Below are positions 7,768 to 16,094 of a stretch of DNA of 16,506 nt, piece by piece. The translations under genes and the position numbers were made by a program. The stretch spans positions 1 through 16,506 of the forward strand of contig JBGCDR010000353.1 of the NCBI GenBank assembly GCA_045105515.1. Direction: 5' to 3'. The notes below the pieces were generated by a model that did no database searches, was not told the DNA's origin, and saw nothing but the letters and a program-made list of their open reading frames with translations. Within the stretch, counting starts at the first letter, position 1. Each line of letters begins with the position of its first letter. Source of the stretch: Oligoflexales bacterium. Its GTDB lineage: Bacteria; Bdellovibrionota_B; Oligoflexia; Oligoflexales; Bog-1112.

Positions 7768-9075
7768 ATGATAATAAAAATCTTGCTAGTAACCTTAGCT
7801 ATTATTAGCTCAAGAGCATTCGCTAATGTCGAGGGCACTGAATTTCAACATTTCAATCCGAGTGCAACAGGACTTGACTTTGTTACCGTTCACTCAAGCA
7901 AGACTTTAAGCAAGGGAATCATTAACCTAGGCCTCTTTGTAAACTATGCTCTCAATGGCCTCCCAGAGATGAATATCGAAGATCATGAAAAATACCAAAA
8001 TCGCAGGCTATTAAGGAACGAACTAATATCTACTGATATAAATTTTGGAATAGGTATAGCTTATTGGTTGGACTTAGGAGTCAATATTCCCTTGACCAAC
8101 TATCAGGGTGTTTATGTGAATAACTCACGCGTACAGTTCAAGAGAAATGGAATCAATGACGTTCGTCTAACAGGAAAATTCCGCTTGTTTGCGAACAAGA
8201 GGGTTGGTTTGGCATTTATTGCCAGTGCAAATTTCAATCAGGTCAAGGACAATCCATTTACCGGCAGTGAACCAGGACCAACTTACAATGGGCAGTTTGC
8301 ATTCGATACCCGAATTAATACATTTAATCTGGGCTTCAATGCTGGATACCGTCAAAGAAACCCAGGCACACCAGTTGAAGGAGTACCAATTGTACCATTC
8401 CAAGATCAGTACATTGCTTCTATGGCAATCAGTTACCTTATTCAGGCCTGGGACGTATTAGCCATTACCGAAGTATTTGCTAGTGAGCCAAGCAACAAAT
8501 GGCCCAAGAATAGCAAGTATTTGGGTCTAACAAGGGAAGGTCTTGTGGGTTTCAAGTATCTGTGGAATCATAATCTGTCCTTTAACGGAGGGATTGGAAG
8601 CGCTCTACAGTCTTCCACCTCTTCACCTGATCTTAGGTTCTATTTTGGTATAAATTGGTCATTTCGACCTGTACGAAAAGTCTCCCGCAAACCGTCTTTC
8701 AAGGTTATTGCAACGAGATCAAAGGTACAGCGATACTCCTTGAGAAACATCGAGTTTTTATATGGGTCATCGAATCGGGTATTTTCTGGTTCTATGAAAT
8801 GGCTTGATAAAATTATGCTTAAAACAAAGCTAAGTAGTATCAGAGTCATAAAAATAATTGGACATACTGATTCTTTGGGTAGTCAAGCCTACAATAAGGA
8901 ACTAAGCCGAAATCGAGCTAAGGCCTTAGCAGCCTATATTATAAAAAATTACCAAGTGCCAGCCCAGAAAGTGAGATTCTTAGGTCGAGGAGAGCTGGAT
9001 CCAATTGCAAGCAATGAAAACTTCCAGGGGCGCCAGCGAAACCGTAGGGTCGAGGTTGAGATCTTATTTAAATGA
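7768..9075 (+). CDS. OmpA-family outer membrane protein (N-terminal beta-barrel plus C-terminal peptidoglycan-binding domain)
   Basis: Signal peptide ending AFA; amphipathic strands ending PDLRFYFGINWSF; OmpA_C motifs GHTDSLGSQAYNKELSRNRA and PIASN...GRQRNRRVE. Confidence 0.92.
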   Translation: MIIKILLVTLAIISSRAFANVEGTEFQHFNPSATGLDFVTVHSSKTLSKGIINLGLFVNYALNGLPEMNIEDHEKYQNRRLLRNELISTDINFGIGIAYWLDLGVNIPLTNYQGVYVNNSRVQFKRNGINDVRLTGKFRLFANKRVGLAFIASANFNQVKDNPFTGSEPGPTYNGQFAFDTRINTFNLGFNAGYRQRNPGTPVEGVPIVPFQDQYIASMAISYLIQAWDVLAITEVFASEPSNKWPKNSKYLGLTREGLVGFKYLWNHNLSFNGGIGSALQSSTSSPDLRFYFGINWSFRPVRKVSRKPSFKVIATRSKVQRYSLRNIEFLYGSSNRVFSGSMKWLDKIMLKTKLSSIRVIKIIGHTDSLGSQAYNKELSRNRAKALAAYIIKNYQVPAQKVRFLGRGELDPIASNENFQGRQRNRRVEVEILFK

Positions 9076-9165
9076 GGCGTAGCAACTTTTCCTTTACATT
9101 TTTGATTCACCTGGTGCCCATAAATTGCCGAATATAGGATGATTTTAAGCTTACCTTCTTTGACC

Positions 9166-9218
9166 ATAATAATAATATAGTAATAATATGTAGTAATAAT
9201 AACATGATAATAAATAAC
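9166..9218. repeat. Low-complexity (TAA)n / TAATAATA array
   Basis: Imperfect repeats TAATAATATAG TAATAATATG TAGTAATAATA ACATGATAATA in the intergenic region. Confidence 0.6.
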
Positions 9219-9219
9219 T

Positions 9220-9247
9220 TAAAAATATGACTAAAAAATGCCGATAG
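9220..9247 (+). promoter_or_regulatory. Putative sigma-28-type promoter for the cytochrome c gene
   Basis: TAAA-N16-GCCGATAG, ending 40 nt upstream of the ATG at 9288. Confidence 0.5.
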
Positions 9248-9287
9248 AATTTACTGTAGAGAGGGTCCTTTTTCAAGGTGATTAACA

Positions 9288-10130
9288 ATGAGAATAATTT
9301 ATTTTTTTTGTATTTTGGTTTTATTAAACTGCAGTCGTGAGTCTCTTCCAGGATACAAGACAATCAGATCGGCAGATGCAATTGTCGATAATTCCTCAGA
9401 AACCGATGAAGACCGTGCATCTAGTGATGAAGACAATGAAATTGATGGAGGAGTAATAACGTCAGAGGAAGATGCTATGAAACAAGACGTACCCAACGGT
9501 TCTGAAGAGTCCCCTGATAATAATCTTAGTGGGATGGAATTTGTTGGAGACCCTGAGTCGGCTCTAACCTTTGATGATGTGCAAGACCTGTTTATTACCG
9601 ATCCTGCATCCGGCTTTGAGGGTTGCACAGCAGCAGGTTGCCATGGTGCTGACCCAGATGCAAGAGGGCAAATGGTTTCTTCTGATCTTTCCTCCTTTGA
9701 AACCATCACAGATGTTGAGGGAGGTCAATCAGGCTTATTGATTATGTACCTTACCAAAGGTGGGATGCCAAAAGGTGCTTCCTATGCCGTGGAAGATATC
9801 CAAAAAATTGCTGACTGGGTAGCTGCAGGCATGGCCCCTGGCGCACCTCCTGTTGTAGACCCTGGAGCAAATTTAGTGGTTACCGCAGATATCGCGGCAC
9901 TTTTTGCTGCTGATAAAGGGAACTGCTCGGCAGCAGGTTGTCACGGTGGAAACCAAGTCCCAAATCTATTGGATGATTTAAAAGCTAGTGCACCTGATGC
10001 ACTTGATCGCTTAGAACGTTATGCCTTAGGCGATGCTACCCCAATGCCGCCAGCGGGGGCTGGTGTAGACTTGCTACCAGCAGAAGTTGATATGCTCAGA
10101 AACTGGATCGATGCAGGCATGCCTGATTAG
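9288..10130 (+). CDS. Putative di-heme c-type cytochrome lipoprotein with two CX4CH motifs
   Basis: Lipobox-like VLLNC and an acidic linker, then two homologous domains: CTAAGCHG...GMP...IADWVAAG and CSAAGCHG...PMPP...LRNWIDAG. Confidence 0.8.
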   Translation: MRIIYFFCILVLLNCSRESLPGYKTIRSADAIVDNSSETDEDRASSDEDNEIDGGVITSEEDAMKQDVPNGSEESPDNNLSGMEFVGDPESALTFDDVQDLFITDPASGFEGCTAAGCHGADPDARGQMVSSDLSSFETITDVEGGQSGLLIMYLTKGGMPKGASYAVEDIQKIADWVAAGMAPGAPPVVDPGANLVVTADIAALFAADKGNCSAAGCHGGNQVPNLLDDLKASAPDALDRLERYALGDATPMPPAGAGVDLLPAEVDMLRNWIDAGMPD

Positions 10131-10137
10131 ATCTTCA

Positions 10138-11820
10138 TTATCTGGTGATTCCTTTGTAGCGAATACGTTTAGGTGTTAATGCATCTTGGCCAAGGCGCTT
10201 GCGCTTATCTGCTTCGTATTCGGAATAATTACCAACATAAGAAACAACCTTGCTATCTCCCTCAAAAGCAATGATGTGAGTAGCGATTCGATCCAAAAAC
10301 CAGCGATCATGGCTAATGACCACTGCACATCCAGCAAAGCTGAGCAGTGCTTCTTCAAGAGCTCTGAGCGTATTTATATCCAAGTCATTGGAAGGTTCGT
10401 CAAGCAAGATGACATTAGCACCTTCCTTAAGGAGTAGGGCAAGCTGCACCCGATTACGCTCTCCACCTGATAGGTTCGATACCTTTTTTTGCTGGTCTTG
10501 ACCGCTAAAGTTAAACTGAGCGACGTAAGCTCTGGCGTTGACTTCTCGTTTGCCTACTGCAACCGTATCATGTCCACCCGATATAACTTCATAAATAGTT
10601 TTATCTGCATCCAATGCATCGCGAGATTGTTCCATATGGCCTAGTTTAACGGTGCTGCCGATTTCAAAGCTTCCCTTCTCTGGGTCTTCACTTCCCGTTA
10701 TCATTCGAAATAAGGTAGTTTTCCCTGCACCATTAGGACCAACAATACCAACAATACCTCCAGGGGGGAGCTCAAAATTTAAATTTTCGTATAGAAGTCT
10801 GTCCCCATAGCTTTTGCTGACCCCTGCGGCTTTAATTACTTGGTTTCCTAGGCGTGGTCCTGGTGGAATGAAAAGCTTAAGGTCTTGTGAAATCTTTTCT
10901 TCATCTTGGCTGAGCAAGGACTCATAGGCAGAGATCCGAGCTTTATTTTTAGTTTGCCTTGCTCTGGGTGACATTTTGACCCACTCAAGCTCACGCTCAA
11001 GTTGCTTAGCCCGACGATCTTCTGACTTTGCTTCATTAGCAAGACGTTTTTGTTTTTGTTCTAACCAGCCAGAGTAGTTGCCCTTGTATGGAATACCATG
11101 TCCGCGATCGAGTTCGAGAATCCAACCGGCAACATTATCTAAGAAATAACGATCGTGGGTGACCGCAATAATTGTACCCTTATACTGCTGTAAATGCCGC
11201 TCCAGCCATGAGACTGATTCGGCGTCCAGGTGGTTGGTTGGCTCGTCGAGCAGGAGTATGTCTGGCTCTTGAATAAGGAGTCTACATAGTGCAACTCTTC
11301 TACGTTCTCCACCAGAAAGGTTTTCAATGACTTGGTCTGAAGGTGGACACCTGAGTGCTTCCATAGCAAAATTCAGTTTATCGTCTAGAGACCATGCATC
11401 AAGAGCATCTAAACGATCCTGAATTTTAGCCTGGTCCGCTAAGACTTTTTCCATTTCTTCTGGACTTAGTTCCTCTGCAAAACGTGCGTTTATTTCATCA
11501 AACTTTCTAAGCAGGCCGACCGTTTCCTCTGCTCCTTGCTCGACAACTTGTTTGACTGTCAGCTTAGGATCTAATGCCGGTTCCTGTTCCAAATAACCGA
11601 CTGAATAACCATCAGATAAATGGACTTCACCACGGAACTCTTGCTCAACACCTGCCATGATTCTTAAGAGCGTACTTTTACCCGCTCCGTTAAGTCCAAG
11701 GACTCCGATTTTTGCTCCGTAGAAATAAGAGAGGGAAATATCTCTTAATACACTTTTAGTTCCATGAACTTTTCCCACTCCGACCATAGAGTAGATAATC
11801 TTTTTGTCATCTGTAGTCAT
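10138..11820 (-). CDS. ettA: Energy-dependent translational throttle protein EttA (ABC-F)
   Basis: Two ABC domains (GLNGAGKST/LSGGE/LLLDEPTNHLD and GPNGAGKTT/LSGGE/LLDEPSNDLD) and no TM segments. EttA-typical GAKIGVLG, ELDRGHGIP and ELEWV..PRARQTKNKAR. Confidence 0.96.
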   Translation of the reverse strand: MTTDDKKIIYSMVGVGKVHGTKSVLRDISLSYFYGAKIGVLGLNGAGKSTLLRIMAGVEQEFRGEVHLSDGYSVGYLEQEPALDPKLTVKQVVEQGAEETVGLLRKFDEINARFAEELSPEEMEKVLADQAKIQDRLDALDAWSLDDKLNFAMEALRCPPSDQVIENLSGGERRRVALCRLLIQEPDILLLDEPTNHLDAESVSWLERHLQQYKGTIIAVTHDRYFLDNVAGWILELDRGHGIPYKGNYSGWLEQKQKRLANEAKSEDRRAKQLERELEWVKMSPRARQTKNKARISAYESLLSQDEEKISQDLKLFIPPGPRLGNQVIKAAGVSKSYGDRLLYENLNFELPPGGIVGIVGPNGAGKTTLFRMITGSEDPEKGSFEIGSTVKLGHMEQSRDALDADKTIYEVISGGHDTVAVGKREVNARAYVAQFNFSGQDQQKKVSNLSGGERNRVQLALLLKEGANVILLDEPSNDLDINTLRALEEALLSFAGCAVVISHDRWFLDRIATHIIAFEGDSKVVSYVGNYSEYEADKRKRLGQDALTPKRIRYKGITR

Positions 11821-11924
11821 TCAATCCTCACTTGTATTTTTCTGAACAATAATAATAAGTTTTCTTGCTAAAAAAACGAAGCTAAGCCCTGGAAAAATCC
11901 AAGAATCAGTTCCTTGGTGCATAT

Positions 11925-13127
11925 CTATTCAGGCTCATTTGCCCAAGCTAAGGCTAAATGGCTCATGGTTCTGATGCCATTCTCAAGGGCTGCATCATTA
12001 AAATCAAATTTTGGGTGATGTAAAGATGGGTAACCTTCAGCTCTGCCATCATCCAAACCCAAGAAAAAGAATGCTCCCGGAACTTTTTGAAGAAAATAAG
12101 CAAAATCTTCTCCACCTAAGCTTGGAGTTGGGAGAGGATGATAGTTCTCTTTTCCTAATACGTTTTCAACTACTTTCCGTATATAATTCGCCTGGCGATG
12201 ATGATTTAAGGTGGGTGGGTAGCCATTTTCGATATGTACCTCACCCTTACCGCCAAATGCTGCGCTAGTATGACTTATAATTTCTTTTATTCTTTTGATG
12301 CAATCAGATTGAGTTTTATCTGAAATGGTACGGAGGGTCCCTTGCATGCTAAGCTTTTCAGGAATGACGTTAAAGGCGCTACCCCCTTTAATGGTTGTGA
12401 CAGAAAGTACCACAGGATCAGTAGGATCAATGGTGCGGGAAGAAATGGTTTGCAAGGCTTGAACACAGTGGGAGGCAATAATCATGGGGTCCACCGCTAG
12501 ATGTGGCATCGCTGCATGGCCTCCTTTCCCAATTATTTCGATGCGAAAAGCTAGGGTTGCAGCCATAATGGCGTCAGGGCGTGTGGCAATAGTTCCACAG
12601 GGAAGAGTTGGCCAACCATGTAAACCAAATACCACATCCACTTTTTCATTTTCTAAGATACCTTCGTCAATCATGACTTTGGCACCTCCGCCCCCTTCTT
12701 CTGCTGGCTGGAATATCAATAGAACCCTGCCTTTAAGCTCTTTCCTAAACTTTGCGATTACTTTTGCTGTGCCTAGAAGGTTTGCCATATGCCCATCATG
12801 ACCACAAGCATGCTGGACTCCAGATAGTTGGGAAGCGTAGCTCAAGCCGGTATCTTCATGGATTGGAAGTGCATCCATGTCAGCTCGCAGAGCCACTGTT
12901 GGTCCATTGCTAGACCCTTCAATTGAGCCAAGAACTCCGAATTTTGCCACGTTGCTCTGGACCTTTATGCCAGGAATGCTAGATAATTTGCGGGCAATAT
13001 CCTCGCCTGTTCTTTTCTCATTCCAGGTGAGCTCGGGATTTGAATGGTATTGTTGGCGATAATTTTTTACTTCCGGCAAGATTGTTCTGACGAATTCTGC
13101 AACTTGCTTAGTGAGTGATTTTTCCAT
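11925..13127 (-). CDS. M20D-family amidohydrolase (ACY1/hippuricase-like)
   Basis: HSNPEL, ALRADMDALPI, HACGHDGH, FQPAEE, GKGGHAAMPH, GGEDFAYF and LHHPKFDFN. Confidence 0.95.
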   Translation of the reverse strand: MEKSLTKQVAEFVRTILPEVKNYRQQYHSNPELTWNEKRTGEDIARKLSSIPGIKVQSNVAKFGVLGSIEGSSNGPTVALRADMDALPIHEDTGLSYASQLSGVQHACGHDGHMANLLGTAKVIAKFRKELKGRVLLIFQPAEEGGGGAKVMIDEGILENEKVDVVFGLHGWPTLPCGTIATRPDAIMAATLAFRIEIIGKGGHAAMPHLAVDPMIIASHCVQALQTISSRTIDPTDPVVLSVTTIKGGSAFNVIPEKLSMQGTLRTISDKTQSDCIKRIKEIISHTSAAFGGKGEVHIENGYPPTLNHHRQANYIRKVVENVLGKENYHPLPTPSLGGEDFAYFLQKVPGAFFFLGLDDGRAEGYPSLHHPKFDFNDAALENGIRTMSHLALAWANEPE

Positions 13128-13241
13128 AATAAGTCCAAGATCTTATTCGGGATTTGTCGGATGGACAAGTGGCCTTTGGGTAAAGCTACTGACTGACAAG
13201 GATGGTCATTCTCAGCATGCGAGAGATCCATTACCAATGGG

Positions 13242-13250
13242 TGTTATAAT
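13242..13250 (+). promoter_or_regulatory. Extended -10 promoter element
   Basis: TGTTATAAT is a perfect TGnTATAAT upstream of the three-gene + strand operon; no good -35 element. Confidence 0.5.
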
Positions 13251-13331
13251 AAAATATCAATTGTGCTAGATCCACTACCAATTAAGCTCCACTCGATTCT
13301 TGGACCAAGCTGGGGTTTTGAATGGGAAAAC

Positions 13332-13844
13332 ATGTTTAAAGCCTTTATTGCTGGCATATTCATATTTTGGCAAACCCAGTGTTTCGGTGTGAATACAGGA
13401 GCAGGCTTGATTGTTGTTGAAGAGAGTGATGATCGTCCCAGACCCGGGCTTATGCTGCAATTGGGCGATCGCCACTATGAAAGCCGTTTTTTCTACTACG
13501 CACGTACCTTTGGACCTGTGGTTGAGCACTCTTGGTTGCTTTCATTTGCAAATAATTTTCCGTTGCCGATTATGAAGCATTTATTTGGTTCTTTAGGTTT
13601 TGCTATCTTGCAAGAGAGCACTTACATAAGCTTTTCGGCACAGGATAGTAAATACAATAGTAGAGAAGATAGGTACAATTTTGGCGTCTATTTAGGGCTT
13701 CACTGGACCTATCAGTATTGGAATAAATGGTTTCTGCAGTTTGGATGGGATGCAACCCTTTTTCCTGCAGGCACCACAGGAGGAATCCTATTAGCAACAG
13801 GTAGGAAACAGCTTATCACTTTTTCAACCGGTTATCGATGGTAA
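13332..13844 (+). CDS. Hypothetical small outer-membrane beta-barrel protein
   Basis: ATG 13332 is preferred over GTG 13263 because it places a signal peptide (MFKAFIAGIFIFWQTQCFG) at the N-terminus. Alternating aromatic/Gly strands; C-terminus TFSTGYRW resembles a beta-signal. Confidence 0.65.
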   Translation: MFKAFIAGIFIFWQTQCFGVNTGAGLIVVEESDDRPRPGLMLQLGDRHYESRFFYYARTFGPVVEHSWLLSFANNFPLPIMKHLFGSLGFAILQESTYISFSAQDSKYNSREDRYNFGVYLGLHWTYQYWNKWFLQFGWDATLFPAGTTGGILLATGRKQLITFSTGYRW

Positions 13845-14302
13845 GAAAAACAAGTTATTCAATTAGGCTCGTGATCACCGCGCTGTATTTGGCCTTTTTA
13901 TTTGGGTGGAGCTATACAGGCTATGCGGATGTTACAGTTCATTTAGGTCCTGCTTCCGTGGGAGGAGGAGGCCCAAACCCTATTTCAATTCCTCCTATAA
14001 ATATTCTTGATTATGAACTGGTTTGGATAACAAAAAATCGCAGTGAAATTAGCCTTAGTTTATTTCCTGGGCTATTTTATGGGTACCGAGCTACCATGAA
14101 GAATGGTGGATACATATCGATGGGAGGGGGGCTTGTGCTAAATATACATGGCTTTGGCCCTGGTTTTTATAGTGCTTTCGGGTATAACAGCTGTGGTTAT
14201 CTTTGTTTCAATGTGGAGTATAAGCAAGCTTTGGGTTTTATAACCGGAATGACTATTTCTCCTTACGCTCTGCGCATTGGCCTAACTTTTGATATTTTTT
14301 AG
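13838..14302 (+). CDS. Hypothetical small outer-membrane beta-barrel protein
   Basis: Signal peptide ending GYA; Gly/aromatic-rich strands; C-terminal LRIGLTFDIF with terminal Phe. Overlaps the upstream gene by 7 nt. Confidence 0.65.
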   Translation: MVRKTSYSIRLVITALYLAFLFGWSYTGYADVTVHLGPASVGGGGPNPISIPPINILDYELVWITKNRSEISLSLFPGLFYGYRATMKNGGYISMGGGLVLNIHGFGPGFYSAFGYNSCGYLCFNVEYKQALGFITGMTISPYALRIGLTFDIF

Positions 14303-14331
14303 GGTGCCGTAATCTGTATTAAGGGACCATA

Positions 14332-15093
14332 ATGAACAGATTTTTCCTTGGTATTCAGTTCATCATACTATTTGTTTCTGCTCATGCTAATGGGTTCGTT
14401 TTGCTTTCTGGGCCTGATGAAGCAACTTTAAGAGTCAGTTCAGATGCCCCTTCAATAGCTTTTTATTGGGATGGAAGTGCACCACCTTTAACCTCTGTTG
14501 AAGAGTTGGCAGGTGGAAAATGGTTTGGTCTTAGTGATGAAGATGTAATGGAGCAAATTATTCTTCTTGCTTTTGAAAGGTGGAATGAAGTCCCAGGGTC
14601 TTATGTGCACCTAGGCTTAGTAAAAGATGATACAGCGGTTTCAGATTCAGATGACTACGCTCACACTATTGTTGTAGGTGAAGAAAGTAACATCACGACT
14701 GCGGCTTTTGCATTACCGATTATTACAGAAAAAAAAATTGTTGATTGTGATATTTCTATTAGTTCCAAGTCTACTTCAGCTAAGTTGATGGCTTATACTA
14801 TGATTCATGAGGTAGGTCACTGTTTAGGCCTTGGGCATGCTCATTCGAATTATGGGGCAATTATGGGCTATGCTAGGAGGCCGAGTTCCATCAACCTCGG
14901 TGCAGACGATATGGCAGGGGTCATTTACCTCTATACGGATCCAGCTTATCGGACTCAACGCAAAGAATTTCTAGGCTGTGCCGCAATTGCTCAGAACCTT
15001 GAACATGGACAAAATCTTTGGATTTTACTTTTGTTCCTAGCTCCACTAGCAGCGATACCATTTTTATTTTTGAGTTCATTTCGAAATAAATAG
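14332..15093 (+). CDS. Matrixin-like (M10/metzincin) zinc metalloprotease with C-terminal membrane anchor
   Basis: Signal peptide; AFERWNEV; HEVGHCLGLGH (HExxHxxGxxH) at 14806-14838; Met-turn AIMGY; LGADDMAGVIYLY; C-terminal GC, hydrophobic helix and RNK. Confidence 0.92.
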   Translation: MNRFFLGIQFIILFVSAHANGFVLLSGPDEATLRVSSDAPSIAFYWDGSAPPLTSVEELAGGKWFGLSDEDVMEQIILLAFERWNEVPGSYVHLGLVKDDTAVSDSDDYAHTIVVGEESNITTAAFALPIITEKKIVDCDISISSKSTSAKLMAYTMIHEVGHCLGLGHAHSNYGAIMGYARRPSSINLGADDMAGVIYLYTDPAYRTQRKEFLGCAAIAQNLEHGQNLWILLLFLAPLAAIPFLFLSSFRNK

Positions 15094-15108
15094 AATCCTA
15101 CCCATTTA

Positions 15109-16074
15109 TCAGCGTTCCCTAAAAGCATCCTGAGCAGAAGCAAAAATTGGTTTTAGTAGGTACTCAAGAACAGACTTATTGTCAGTATGAATATCAGCAA
15201 GAATAGTCATCCCCGGAATCAGGGGGCCAAATGAAACCTTATCAATATCTTTAATGGTCACTAGTCCTCGATAATAGGGAACTCCATCGGGCCTTAACAA
15301 AGTACTGGGTGATACTTCCTTTAATACTCCTTCAACGGCTCCGTAGCGATTGAAATCAAAGCTATCAATTTTTAGTTTTACCATCTGCCCTGAATGCACA
15401 TGGCCTACATCCCTTGGTGATATGTCTATTTCAGCAACAACGGGAACATCGATAGGAATTATTTCCATAATGGTTGAGCCTGGTTTAACGATACTGGTAG
15501 CTCCAATCGATAAATCATGAATGTAGCCTGAGACGGGTGATTTAAGTTCTAGGCTTGTGAGTTGTTCTTTTAAATTTCTTACGATTTCACTAAGATCTTG
15601 AATCTCACCTTCGACTTCTAATTTCTTTGCTTCTAAGGCCAAAAAATCTATCTTTGATTCTAAGCCTCTATTGACCAACTCCTTTCTCTTAAAATATTCT
15701 TGATCAAAGTAAATTTTAGAAGCTTGAGTTGCCTTCAATTTGAATCTTGCTCGTTTTAATTCGCTATCTATTGAAGTACTTTTGAAGCGTAGTAATAAGT
15801 CTCCTTCATCGACTTTGTTTCCCTGGCTTGTCAAGAGTTTTTCTATTTCACCACCAAAACGGTGTTGGATAGGAACAACCCCCTTTTCTGGGATTAATTG
15901 GCCTTTTGAAACTGCAATCTCATGGAGCTTGGTATTGCGTGACCATTCAATAAAGCCAAGAAAAGAGACTAATGCAAAAATGATAGTAAGGCGATGGAGT
16001 GTTAAATAGCCTCTTTCTTCGAAAAGTTCGCTTTCGCCTATTTGTGTACGTCTTAAGTGTTCTTGCTGTTCCAT
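15109..16074 (-). CDS. HlyD-family type I secretion periplasmic adaptor
   Basis: N-terminal TM, IQHRFGGEI..L...G..V..GD.L, coiled coil, LKSPVSGYI, DVGHVHSGQ.V.LKIDSFDFNRYG, PGM...DI.T..KSVLEYLLKPI...AFRER. Confidence 0.93.
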   Translation of the reverse strand: MEQQEHLRRTQIGESELFEERGYLTLHRLTIIFALVSFLGFIEWSRNTKLHEIAVSKGQLIPEKGVVPIQHRFGGEIEKLLTSQGNKVDEGDLLLRFKSTSIDSELKRARFKLKATQASKIYFDQEYFKRKELVNRGLESKIDFLALEAKKLEVEGEIQDLSEIVRNLKEQLTSLELKSPVSGYIHDLSIGATSIVKPGSTIMEIIPIDVPVVAEIDISPRDVGHVHSGQMVKLKIDSFDFNRYGAVEGVLKEVSPSTLLRPDGVPYYRGLVTIKDIDKVSFGPLIPGMTILADIHTDNKSVLEYLLKPIFASAQDAFRER

Positions 16075-16094
16075 AATTAAAACTCACTTTATAT

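Noticed and set aside
11925..13127. M20D amidohydrolase as a missing hut pathway enzyme
   Set aside because: It belongs to a different family from HutI, HutG and HutF, and lies about 8 kb from hutU.
13154..13178. CAAA-N13-TCCGACAA as a fourth sigma-28 promoter
   Set aside because: Both boxes and the spacing deviate from consensus.
373..16009. Short overlapping or antisense ORFs in the track (e.g. 373-585, 3653-3847, 3742-4122, 4709-4999, 6898-7080, 9299-9709, 10186-10437, 12484-12801, 15740-16009)
   Set aside because: They are shadows of well-supported genes and show no motifs or RBS support.
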